Shown here one piece after another: positions 1 to 12,500 of a DNA stretch of 64,000 nt. Under the pieces are notes generated by a model. The model made no database searches. It saw nothing but the letters and a program-made list of their open reading frames with translations, and was not told where the DNA came from. Position 1 is the stretch's first letter, and every line of letters starts with the position of its first letter. The position numbers were made by a program, and so were the translations under genes. The stretch comes from Prorocentrum cordatum. Taxonomy: Eukaryota. The stretch lies in the NCBI GenBank assembly GCA_963575745.1, contig CAUYUJ010000029.1, forward strand, positions 1 through 64,000, written 5' to 3'.

Positions 1-335
1 CCTCCTCCTCCTCCTCCTCCTCCTCCTCCTCCCCTCATTCGTGTCCTTCTCCTCCTCCTCCTCCTCCTCGTGGTCGTCCTCCTTCTTGTTCATATTCTTC
101 TTCTTCTTCTTCTTCTTCTTTTTCTTCTTCTGCTCTTCCTACTGCTGCTGCTGCTGCTGCGGTTCCTCCTCCTCCTTTTCCTCCTCTCTCCTCTCCTTTT
201 TGTTTCTCCTCATCTCCCTCCCCCTCCGCTCACCCATCGCCACCTCCTCATCACCCCCTCTCCCTCACACTTCGCGTCCGTCCTCGTCCTCGTCGTCGTC
301 CTCGTCGCCACCGCCGCCGCCGCCGCCGTCGTCGC

Positions 336-379
<44 letters not shown>

Positions 380-383
380 GCGT

Positions 384-416
<33 letters not shown>

Positions 417-474
417 CGTCGTTGGCACCTATCGACCCAAGGCTGGGCGTCGGGCGCCGCTTCCAGCGGGGGGC

Positions 475-522
475 CTTGTCCTTGTCAGCGATGGTCCAGA
501 TCGACTCCTCCTTGGGTTTGGC
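475..522 (-). CDS. Probable kinesin exon (AKPKEESIWTIADKDK)
   Basis: AG|G acceptor, GC donor, phase 0 matching the previous exon, GC3-rich codons; no conserved motif, so the 3' boundary could extend to about 429. Confidence 0.6.
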
Positions 523-3500
523 CTCGTCGGGGGGGAGGCCTCCTCCCCCTCCCCCTCCATACACAATATAAATCCTACCGTCCTCTTCCCTCTGGTGACG
601 TCATGAAGATGTCCGGCCCCCATCCGCGTACTGCCTTTTACGCACAAGGTTCCCGGGACATGTGTTTCGCTTGGGTTATTTTTCAAAATGTTACTCCCGC
701 TGAGGCGCTGGCCTCATTTTCGCGCTTCCACTCATTCCGAATCGTGCTCCCGCTGGAACGCTGGCCTCATTTCCGCGCTTCCGCTCGTTCCGAATCGTGC
801 TCCCGCTGGAACGCTGGCCTCATTTCCATGCAATGCTACAACATCCGACTGTGCGAATAGAGAGGAGATCTTCGCCATGGTAAGGGATGGGAGGGATGGG
901 TGGGACGTCAAATATGACGCGAGCGCACCTAGCTTGCCTTCCTCCCCCTCTTCACTCTGCTGCTCACCCTTCTCCTCCCCTTCGCCGTCCACCTCCTCAT
1001 CCTCCTGCTCCTCCCTCTCCTCCTCCTCCTCTTCCTCGTCCTCCTTCTTTCTCCTCCTCTTCCTCCTTCTCCCCTTCGCCATCCTCCTCGTCGTCTTCCT
1101 CATCCACGTCCTCCTCGTCGTCCTCCTGCTCCTCTTCCTTCTTCTCCTCCTACTCTTCCACCTCCTCCTCCTTCTCCTCTCGCTCTCTCCTTGCTGTGAG
1201 GAGGGGGGAATATTATGCTGCTGCTGCTGCTGATGCTGCTGATAATGATGCTGATGACGAGGAGGAGGAAGAGGAGGAGGAGGAGGAGGGGGGGGGAGGC
1301 GGGATGATGCCGATGAGGATGATGAGGAGCACATGGAGGAGTATGGTAAATGCATCTTTTGTCATCGACGGCCAGATGCCCACAATTAATGATGACATGG
1401 AAGAAGACCATGTCGAGCACCAATATCACGAGAACGGCAACTAAGCACGACAAAACCCAACTATGAAGAATGATACAGCGTGCAATGCCGTATTTGCAGC
1501 AACAATCTCTCATATCATGCACCACGCAGTGGCCGCCCTCGATAGGAAGCCACATGCAACTCCAGGAAACCATCAATCACATAACATACCATGAACCCCC
1601 ACCCGAGGAGTATGAGGACAGGAGCGGAAGAAAAGGATGACAAGGCGGAGGGGGATGAGGGGTAGTAAGGAGAGGTCGCGACTTCCTGGAGACATGCAGG
1701 AGTTCTGGGACGTGCAGGCTAGCTTATTCGGAAGCTTTGAAGAAGACGCCCAAACATCAATCTGTGTGTTTTCACGCTGGCTAGCCTTTAGGCTCGCTCT
1801 TGGAATGATGAGTGTAGCTTGTAGAGAGAAGGTCCTCGGCTCCCGCTTCCGCCAGCCACTCTGCGCTAGCAAGACCTTGGCTACGCCAGTGGCTTGCTGC
1901 GGCGACGCCTGTGGCATCCCATTGGTATGCCTATTGCTACGCCTGTGGCTACGACGATGGCTTCCGCCACGCGTGCGGATTCCGATGGCACACGCCTGCG
2001 GCTATGCCCAAGACCACGCCTCTGGCACCATGCGGAGAGCATATCCCATGTGCTCCTGTGTGGGCCTGCGTGCTACCGTGGAGCCCAAACTGCAGAGTAT
2101 CATCAGATCAGCCAAGCCATTTCAGACCCCCCCCCCCGTGGGAGAACCCTCCAAAACATCGTCCCCAGACCCCCCCCCCCGAGATGAGACCCCCCTCCCT
2201 TTTATTACGAAATCTGGAGTAAACAGAGTACAGGAGGAGGAGGAGGAGGAGGAGGAGGAGGAGGGGAGGAGGAGGAGGAGGAGGAGGAGGAGGAGGAGGA
2301 GGAGGAGGAGGAGGAGGAGGAGGAGGAGGAGCAGGGGGAGGAGAGAGGAGGAGGAGGAGGAGGAGGAGGAGGAGGAGGAGGAGGAGGAGGAGGAGGAGGA
2401 GGAGGAGGAGAGTACAGCAGACCCGACGTGCAGCAAGAGGAGGCGCTTACTCCAGGTGTCCAGGTCGAACGAGCCAGTGGGCCCTGCCCCGGTCCCCCCC
2501 CCTCCCCCCCACACTACCAGAAGAACCGGCAGTGGTAACACCTGAAGGGGCCCCACAGACACACAAAGAAATATACACACAGATGAAACGATTCTCCATA
2601 TTTTCTCATATTTTCTGGGTTTCCGTCTTCCCATATTTTTTCTTGGGAGTCGACGCTTCATTGCGTCTGAGTGCTTTCTCCCCTCCTGAGTAACACCTGA
2701 TCTCGTGACAGGAACGCGTCCCCACCCAGCGAACGGAGCGCACTCGCGCGCGGTCCCGCGTCCGACGACTTGGCGAAGGAAAAAAATGCGGGCCGTCAAG
2801 GGTCGGGGGCGGAACTTCCGAACGTGTCTGCGCGGCGAGGCGGCGAGACCACCATTCGCCTTGTCTCCTGCGAACGAATTTCCGATGAGAGCGGCGGCGG
2901 CGAATCATGCGCCTCGCCGGAACAACGCTGTAAAGGACAAGTGCGATTCGTCGGGGGTATCGTAGAGCATGCAGAGCATGGGTAGAAAAAGGATAAGCAG
3001 AGTGGGACGTGGATTGGAGCACGTGAAAGGTGGGCACCGTACACGGTGGGCACGTTGGACACGGCGGGATCACCCCGCACGAGAAGGACTGAGTCGGGCA
3101 CGCTGGATTGGCTGGGCAAGGCGATTGTGTGGGACAGCGCGAGAGGTAAGCGATTGCTCCTTGGGCGACTACCTCAAGAGCGCGGGCGAACACATCCGTG
3201 ATACAACAACTGCGGGCAATGGTGCTTTAACATCGTTGTGGGCGATCCCGCAGCAAACTAGAAACATGACTGTCTGTGAACATAATATGTTTACGACGTT
3301 TCGTTTTGTACGTACAGTGATGACATTTTTTATCTATGTGGGCGCCGAGCGGGCTCGGCGGTTTCATGCATAAATTCTCCATTCAGCGCGCGGCGAGCCC
3401 CGCCGCGCGGCGTGCGCGGGCGGCCGCCGACCCCGCGGCTCACTCGCGCCCGCGGGCCGCCGCAGCAACTGCGAAGCCGCGGGCGCAGAGGGCGCCCTCG

Positions 3501-6500
3501 AGCCCAGGTCGGACCTGCCGCGGCTCTTCGGCCTCCGCCCGCGGGGCCGCCGCGACCAGGCGCCGCGGCGCCGCGGCGCACGGCGGCGCTGCCGCCTGGC
3601 CCCCATCGCCAGCCGCAGGTGGCGGGGGCGGGGCGGCCGCAGGCTGCCGCTGCGATGGCACGGGCGCCGCCGCGAGCGCCTGCTCCTCCGCCCCGTGGCC
3701 CAGCCTGGCCTGGGGCGCCGTCGCCCAGCACAGGCGCGTGCTCTCCATCGGCGGGGCCAGCGGCGCGAACGGATCCTTGGACGCAGGCAGGGTGCCCCGT
3801 GCGAAGTCCGTCCGCGCCTGGGCTCGGGAGCCCCTCAGGGACGTGGGCTGCCCAGCCGCCGCGCTGGCCCCACGCGGCATGGCCAGGCCGCGATGCGCGC
3901 ACCTGGGGAGGCGGCGGTACCCCCAGCACGCTGAGCATACCAGGGGGGGCTCGGAGCCGTTGCCCTCGACGCGCGACCCCCGTATGAGGTGGCCGTAGAC
4001 CCTCAATCCCGCTGGACGGGCCACATCCGCCGCCACCTCAGGGGCAGGGCCGCTGCAAGCCGCCGCTGCCGCCGCCCGCCGCGGGCTGGGCTCGGGCGCC
4101 GAGGCCTGGCGGCGCCTCGACTGCTCCTGCACCCTGCGCTGGGGGGCTCGGCGCAGCACCTCCGCGGGCCTATCGGCCGAGGCGGGGCGGCGCCTCGCGG
4201 GCGACGGCCGCGAGCAGGAAGCGGCCGCTGCCGCCACTGCTGCCAGGGCCGCCGCCGTGGCGAGGAGGGGGCCGCCGTCAGCCGCCGCGGCCTGCGCCTC
4301 GCCGTCGCCAACGTCAGCCTCCGCGACTGGCATCTGCAAGTTGCCAGCCGCTGACACGACAGGCCCGCGCACCTCCGCGTCGTGCAACTTCCCGAACTCG
4401 CCGCGCCCCTGGGACTGCGACTTCGGTGGGCTGAATCCACCTGTCCCAGGGGCGGGCTCCGCCGCGGCGGCGTGCAGGAAGTCGACCTCGCCGTCGAACT
4501 CTGCCACCAACTCGGCAGCTCGCAGCAAGTCGGCGGGGCTGCGACCTTGCCTCCAGCCCCCCCAGGCAGGGCACCTGTGGTGGCGGCGGGCCAGGGTCCC
4601 GCTCTCCTCGCCGCGGAGCTGGCACAGAGTCGCAGGCCTGGCGTCGTACTCCTGGACCGCTGCCTCCTTCCTGTCCTTCTCCTTGGCCTTCTCCGCAACG
4701 AGGGCGGAGGAGTACCGCAGGGCGAAGCAGCAGCCGCACTCGTCCTGCTGGTAGTCGCCGTCGCCGTGGAGGCCCCTGTGTGACGCCAACGCTCTTTCGA
4801 TCGCCCGCAGGAAGGCCTGCCCTTGCACAGTGGGCACCTGGGTCACCTCTTTCAGCGAGACGAGCTTCTTGCCTTCGAACGCGGTGCTGCCCGCCTGCTC
4901 GAAGTTGCGCCCCAAGCTCCTGGCCACCTGCACCAGGTGCTTCATGTAGCCTACGTGCCCCACAGGGGGAGAGCAGCCCGCAGCAGCCGCTCCGAGCTGT
5001 CTGGCGATCCTCCCGAGGCGGAGGCGGCAACTGGTGAGGGGGCTGAGCTTCCTGACCGCCTTCCTGCGCTGCTGGTCCGCCAGCTTCTTCTTGACAGAGC
5101 GGGGTCCTTTGGCCCTGCCCTGGTACCACTCACCCTCGGAGATGCCGAACTGGTCGGTCAGGTGGAGCTCCGCGGTCTCGACGGACTCCTTGAGCCTCCT
5201 GAACGGGAGCTCGAGGTAGGCGCTGACCTCCGTGACCGCGAGATCACCGAAGGCCACCCTTCGGGCCAGGATGCGGGCACTGTGCTGGTGCCCGTCGTGG
5301 TCGGTCGCCGCCACGCCCCAGGTCGTTGACTCCAGCACTCCGACGCCCTCCGAGCCCGCCTGCGCCGCCTGCCCCGTGCTGTGGACGCTGCCGAAAGCGG
5401 CGCTGAAGCTGTTGCTCCTGGCCCAGCAGCAGGCGTTGGCCGCCTTCTGGCTATAAGCGCATCGCCTCTCCTGCGCCAGGATGACGTCGTCTCCTCCTCC
5501 TTCCTGGATCCGCTCCATCTCCACCTTCTTCTCTGACGAGGTCGAGACGTTCAGCGTGACGAAGCTAGTTGGCTTCGGCCCCGTAGGCCTGATTTGCTTG
5601 GCCAGCTGGAGGGGCTTGGCCTGCGGTCGCCCAGGCTGAGGCTGGGCCGCAGGCTGCTCGGTTGCCGCGGCGGCCGCGGGGCCGCCAGGCGGGCGGCTGC
5701 TCGCCGCCTCGGGGCTCCGAACCTCAGGGGGTCTCACTCCCTCTCCCGTAGCCTCGTAAACTTGAATTGGGTACCCACTATGGCATGTGGGCCCCTGGCT
5801 AGGCTGAGGACTGCCAGTCCTTCGGTCGGGCCCAGCCAAGCCAGCCGCAGCGCTTGGCTCTGTCCTGCTGCTGAGCGCCTCGAACTTGGTGTCGTGGCGC
5901 ACGACGCCGAAGCGCCGTTCCTGGCGCAGCAGCGGCACAATGAAGGGAAGTTCGACCCAGGCGTCGGTCGCCACGTTGGCCGCCTTGTAGGCGGGCAGGC
6001 CGCCACCCGGCGCCGCCGCAGCCTCTGAGCGGCTGGGCGCCGCCGCCTCTGTCCCCTCAGCCCCAACAGGGGCGGGCGGCGCCGCGCTGTCGGGGCCGCC
6101 GCCTGGCAGCAGGGTGCTACGCGCGGGCCAGGCCGCTGCCAGCAGCAGCGCCAGCAGGAGGTGGAGGGGCCGCCGCAGCGGCCTTCTGGTCGGCAGCGCG
6201 CTGGCGGGCCGCCTCGTCTGCCGCTCGGCTCTCCATCGCTGCCGCTGGGGGAGTCCCAGCCCCAGGCGCAGCGTCTGCAGCGGGGGCGGCGGGGGCAGCA
6301 GGGGCGGCCGCCTGCCCGGCAGGCTGCGGCGGGGCGCCCGCGCCCTGCACGGGGGTGCCAGGGGCCACGGCTGCTGCAGGCCCCTCCTCGGTGCGCTTCC
6401 GCTTCTTGGCCACCTCCTCCGCGATCTGGCGCTTGATGCGCTGCTGGTGCTCCTGGCAGTTGCGCTCGAACGTAGCCTGCGCGCCCTGCATGATCTGGAG

Positions 6501-9500
6501 CCCCTCATCGCAGAGGCGCCTGAGGGCGGCCTGCGCCTCCTCCTCCAGCTCGGCGAAGTTGTCAAACGACTCCGCGTCAAAGTTGAAGGTGGGCAGCCTC
6601 GCGCCGTCGGGCTGGGCTCCCACGACGCCCGCCGCTTGGGCACGCTGGCGCAGGAGGGCGTTCTCCTCCCCCTTGGCCTCCGCGAGGCTGCCCGCAGCCT
6701 CGTCACGCCAGCCGCGGCATTCAGCGAGGTGGTCCTCCGCCGCCGCGAGCGCGTCCGCCGCCTCATCCAGCTGGCGCTGGAGGTTGATCCGCTTCGCCGT
6801 GGCCGACTCCAGACGTTGCTCGAGCGGCTTCGGCACTGGGGCGACCGCGGGCGCGACAAAGCTCCGCGCTTCGCGGACCGCCTCCTGCAGCCTGGCTGCG
6901 ATGGCTGGGTCCCCACAGGCGAGGAGCGCGTCGAGCTCGCTCTCGGGCAGGGCCGACCAGGGGGCCCTCGGGAAGGCGCCTCCGCCATGGCAGCCCGCGC
7001 CACCCCCGCCGCCGCCACGGGAGGCTGCACCGCCGCCACCACGGTAGGCTGCACCGCGGCCCTTGCCGCACTTGCCGCCCTTGGCTCCATTCTTCGGTGG
7101 GCCTCCGCCGCCGCCGCCGCGATGTGCGAGTTGGGGTCCGCCGCCGCCACCGTCCGCCCAGACCCCAACGCGGGGCGAAGGCTTCGAGGGCGCCAGCTCC
7201 AGCCCGATCCCGCACAGCCAGCACTTCGCTCTCGAGCGGAAGTTCCAGCGGTACCGGCAGCCCGTGCACACGACGAAGCCAGGCACGGCCTTAGGCCCCA
7301 TCGCTGGTACGGTCGGGCGCGCTGCTCAGCTGCGGGCAAGCAGCAGGCAGGAGACGGCGGGGGCGGACCCGCCGACTCAGAAGAAGACTTGACCCGCAGG
7401 TCCTGGAAGGTGCTGCTGTGGCAGCTGACACACTTAGGAAAGGAAGGTGGCCTCAAAGCGGAACCTCCCTCGCGCTCAGAAGTCGCCCCGAAAGACTCGC
7501 GGTCGTCGGGACGGTTCATGGCCTTGAGCCAAAATGGCTACGGAACACAGTGATGGCATTGGATAAGGAACCCTTCGATAAGGAATCCAGGGTCTGGATT
7601 CCAGTGGAACTCCAATCGAAGCTTTGCCATGGATGTCACCGCCGCCCTCATCAGATAAGGAGTCCTCCAGGGTCTAAAGCCTCCTGGGCACAATCCTTTA
7701 CCAACGCCCCCACCGAAATTTGAATGAATGGGAGTGAACTTGACATGGCGTAGCAATATGAAACACACCTACTATGATCCGATAGCGAGTTGAGAACGGA
7801 CCGGCCGACACGTGTGCTGTAAGCAGAGAGCTCCATAATAACAGTGCGTATTACTCTGGGTAGGTCGGAAGCTGGGCGAAAGCTGGCAAATCCGTGGCAG
7901 CTAAAACGGCCTTGCCGGAAAAACAAAACACACATTCCCATAATAAAACTCAACGCGCTGAATAGTAAACGGGCTTCTTCCCGGAAGAAAAGCAAATTCC
8001 CAGAGCTCCGTTTTAGCAGCCACGGGTTTGCCAGCCTTCGCATGGCTTCTGAGTAGGAGTGGGGTGGCGCACCACAGAGCAGGAGGAGGAGGAGGAGGAG
8101 GAGCAGGAGGAGGAGGAGGAGGAGGAGGAGGAGGAGGAGGAGAGGGGGAGGAGAAGAGGGGAGGAGGAGGAGGAGAAGGAGGAGGAGGAGGAGGAGGAGG
8201 AGGAGGCTGCGGTAGCTCGTGACTCGTGACGAACCTACGTATGAAAAAACACGAGGTACAACATATCAGCGTGCGAGAGGAGAGGGGGCCCAGCCTGTGG
8301 CCCTCCTCCTCCTCCTCCTCCTCCTCCTCCTCCTCCCCCTCCTCCTCCTCCTCCTCCTCCTCCTCCTCCTCCTCCCTCCTCCTCCTCCTCCTCCCCCTCC
8401 TCCCCCTCCTCCTCCTCCTCCTCCTCCTCCTCCTCCTCGTCCTCCTCCTCCTCCTCCTAGTGCACGGGCACTTCCCCTTTACAGACGCTCGCCAAGGATG
8501 ACCACGGCCACAACCATGGCGTAGCGGAACTTGCACCAGGCGAGCATTTTATCATAGCGTGTCAGAAGTGCGGAGCCTATGCTGTTTCGAGCCCTCGCAA
8601 CTTGCGCAATGAGTGTCCTGCGCGAGTCACCGCAAGACAGATTCGGGCAGCACGCGTGTTGCCTAGGAGCAGATCTGCAAGGGCAAGCATCCCTGGAAGG
8701 CAAGGATGCAACTATGCCCTCCATTGCCTTTATCGAGCAGAGACCGACCGTCCCGGCATTTCTATAGTCCTACCACGAAATGTTCTTAGAACCCAACCAC
8801 TGTCTTATAACAACAACAAAGTTCTTAGAACATAAACCCGACGTGCTAAAACAAAACAGACTCTGCCAGAAATGTTCTAAGAACATTTTGTGGATACCAC
8901 AAAAGGTTCTTAGAACATTGTTTGGTAGGGCGATAGGCGAGCCGCGGCGTGGACAGCGAGTCCTGTTCAAGTGAACAAGATCCGCTGTCGGGCATTGTAC
9001 TCACTCTTTCCGTGCAACTCGTTCGTGCAGACTCTCCCCGTCCTCCCCGTCACGCGCCCTCCTCGCACGTGGCCCGCGGACAGGTGCACGCTCGCCGCAG
9101 CACCTGGAACCTCACCGCGGAGGCGAGGGCTCGAGCCACGCCCTCCTCCCCTCCCCCCCGTTGCCCCTGCCCTGATCCGAAAGGGTCCGCGAGGGGGCGC
9201 TGCGCGCGCATGGCCGGCCGGCCCGCGCGGGCCCTCGGGCTCGTCGGCTGCGCTGGCGCGGGGAGCAGGTCGACCAGCTGGCTGCAGTACAGCTCCTTCG
9301 GGCAGGGGGGGCCGGCGGCGGCGAAGACGACGACCGACGACGGGGAGGAAGGGGGAAGGGCGGCGGAGGTTAGGGAGGTTAGGGAGGAGGAGGAGGAGGA
9401 GGAGGAGGAGGAGGAGAAGGAGGAGGAGGAGGAGTTGCTTTTTCCACGCAACAGTGGTAATGAAGGATCAACAATCGAAGACATCCACCAGAGACCACGG

Positions 9501-12500
9501 TCGCCAGTCGCAGAAAGTATGTCCTGCGAGCGTGGCCGAACTCGGGGCGGAAAGTCGGGCGGTTGTTCGCCTGAACGAGAGGAGGAAAAGAGGATGAGGA
9601 AGGAACGGGAAGAGGACGAGGCAAGAGCAAGGGCAACGTCGCCGCCAACATTTTGACCGTCCCATGCGCCGACTGCTTTAAAAGCCGGCCCCTGCCAGAC
9701 GTAAACAAGTGGCACGTGTGCCATGGCTCTTGCACAACAAGGAAGGGGGAGGAGGAGGAGGAGGTGGAGGAGGAGGAGGGCGGAAGAGGGGGCAAGACAT
9801 CGCCCCTCGGGGCCCAGCAACGGGGCCCAAATCCCAGATGGGGGGACGGGGGGAGGTGGCGTGCGTCGCGACGGGGCTCCCGCTGGGGCGCTGGGGCGGG
9901 GGAGCTCGGGGCAGAGAGCCACGGCGCGGGGGTCCCACTCTGGCGCTGGGGACGCGGGGAGGGGGTGTGTGTGCGACGCGGAATAAAGTGGTCGGAGCTC
10001 TAGACACCCTGTGCAAGAGGATAAAACACTGGCTATAGAAGGGGGCGCAGCAGGAAGGAGGAGGAGCAGAGAGGCACACGACCCCAATCAGTGCAGCCAG
10101 TGGGAGAGTGCAGTGCCGAAGAATCAAGAGGAGAGAGAGAGAGAGAGAGGGGACGAACAACAACGCACAGCAAAACTGGCCGCGACCTGTTCACAGCACG
10201 AGGCTCCACAAGCCGGAAGACCAACTACAGTACAGGGCGCAGTAATGCGAGGGGTGCAGTGCGGCACCTACCCCAGTCCTCGCCATCGCTCGGACGTCCA
10301 TTTCCCGTGCATTTTTCGGTTTCGTGCGTGTTTCTTTTTGCTCGATGGTCCAGGATGGCCCTCGATGGTCCTCGCCGAGAAAAAATGCACACGTCCGAGC
10401 GATGCCAAGAGTCACTCAGGTCCTTGGTGTGGTCACGCAGCGCACGGCCCCATGGCCCCGCAGACGTGCACGCCCGGAGCAGCACCTGGCATGTGCGGGC
10501 TGGCACGCGGCAGCCAGAAGCAACGAAAACTAGGAACACTCAGGGGATAGGGCCCTGGCGTTGGTTCCCTAGTGGTTGGTCGCGCAGCCAGGTCATGCGG
10601 GCGCCCTGACTGACAGGCAATCGGGCGATGACCACGTTACTTTATTTGCCCTTCCTCCTCTTCTTCCCCCCTCCGCCTCCGTCCTCGTCCCTCTCCTCTT
10701 CCCCTTCCCCCTGAATGTGGTGACGTTAACCCGGCCGGCCAATTCAGTTCTGCTCGCCAGTGCTTTTTTGAGGTTTCGTGCCAATTACGTGCCCGAATGC
10801 TTCGTGCAGTTCTTTAGCCTGAATGAGTTTCGGTGGCGCCTACCCTCCTTCGTCCCTCTTGTCCTCCCTCCTCTCGGCCTTCCTTCTTCTGTGCCTCCTC
10901 CTCGTATGTGCCACCTTAGCTCTGCCTTGAGTTCGTGTTTGTTGTCTGATTTCGACCCGTCCACTCCAGCCATGCGTCCTGGAGAGGGAGCCACGGGGGA
11001 TGGCGATTGTTTGACATCGGCGGGGACACAGTGATCCCACGCCGCCCATCGGTCGCCGCTGATCCGTCGAGCAGGATTCAGGACCAGTTGATGCTTCACC
11101 ACCACCACCACCACCTCCTAATCCTCCTCCTCCTCCTCCTTCTCCTCCATTCCTTTCCTGATGCGCGTCTGCGGGGTCCATGGCCCCGCAGACGCGCATG
11201 CACCAGGGGGCGACAGAGAGAAAGAGAGAGGGAGGAGGGCAGAAGACAGGAGGGCTGCAGACAAGCGCGCTGCCGCTCAGCCCTCCGCGATCAACCACAT
11301 CGCCATTCGATTCGGAAGGGGAGCACAAACAGGACGGGCAGAGAAGGCGGAACCCCGGCCAACCCCGGCGGGGCTAGCTTGCGTTCCGCCTCCGGGAGGC
11401 AAGAGTCGGACATTGGCAGAACTGGGTTTAATGGAACCCGGTTTAGTGATTTGTACCGGGGGCGCCCCCCCGTCCCATTTCCACTAACCGGAACTGCCGT
11501 CACCCCAAAAACACCAGCTCAGCTACGGCAAACCTGGTTCAGTGAATCTGGCCAATTGAGGGGCCCCAGGGCCCTACCACTAACCCGGTCCACTTACCCG
11601 GGGTCCTGGCTATACCCGAAGGAGAGGGAGGAAAGAGACAAGGAGGAGGAGGAGGAGGAGGAGGAGGAGGAGGAGGGGGAGGAGGAGGAGGAGGAGGAGG
11701 AGGAGGAGGAGGAGGAGGAGGAGGAGGAGGAGGAGGAGGAGGTGGGAGGCAGGAGAGGCAGGAAAGAGACAAGGGGGAAAACACAACATCCCTACGGATC
11801 TGCTGGCAGGCAGGCTCTGCAGCGGCGGCGTCGGAGACTGAAGCGAAACGACCCTCACATCACGAAGCCGATGACTCGCCATCGCTCGGACGGCCATTTC
11901 CTGTGCATTTTTCGGTTTCGTGCGTGTTTTTCTTGCTCGATGGCCCAGGATGGTCCTCGATGGTCCTCGCCGAGGAAAAAATGCACACGTCCGAGCGATG
12001 CCAAGAGGAACGAGGCGGAGCTTGGGACAGGAGCCGGAGGCGGAGCCGAGGAACGAGTCGGAGCCAAACTAGGAGTCGGGAAGGGAGTGAGCAGGAGCAG
12101 GAGAAGGAGGGAGGAGGAGGAGGAGGAAGAGGAGGAGGAGGAGGAGGAGGAGGAGGGGGAGGAGGAGGAGGAGGAGGAGGAGGAGGAGGAGGAGGAGGAG
12201 GAGGCAGAGGAGGAGGAGGAGGGGGAGGAGGAGGAAGAGGAGGAGGAGGAGGAGGCAGTGGTCGTGGCCGCGGTCGGAGTCGGCGCCCGACGCGGCGGCG
12301 GAAGGGGCGATCGGAGCTGGAGGAGGGGCGGAGGGAGGAGGAGCGACTGGCTTCTGGAGGTCTGCGGAGGTTTTCGGGAGTGCCAGGCGAACTCCAGGGG
12401 AGAAGTGCGAGTTCTTCGGAGGTGAGTTTTCCGTTGTATCTGACGCGTACAGGTGCGTGTCGGAGGCCTGTAATATCATAGGGCGCAGTTTCGGGGGGAG

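Larger units (their letters stand above)
3326..7544 (-). mobile_element. SL-capped non-LTR retrotransposon, internally deleted and non-autonomous (element 1)
   Basis: Perfect DinoSL at the 5' end (7523-7544); A6 tail (3326-3331); TSD ACAGTGATG(A/G)CATT at 3314-3327 and 7547-7560; ORF1 plus ORF2 remnants with no RT core. Confidence 0.9.

Noticed and set aside
8780..8920. Heat-shock elements
   Set aside because: The spacing is TTC-N3-GAA rather than the TTC-N2-GAA of HSEs, and the motifs lie within a repeat element.
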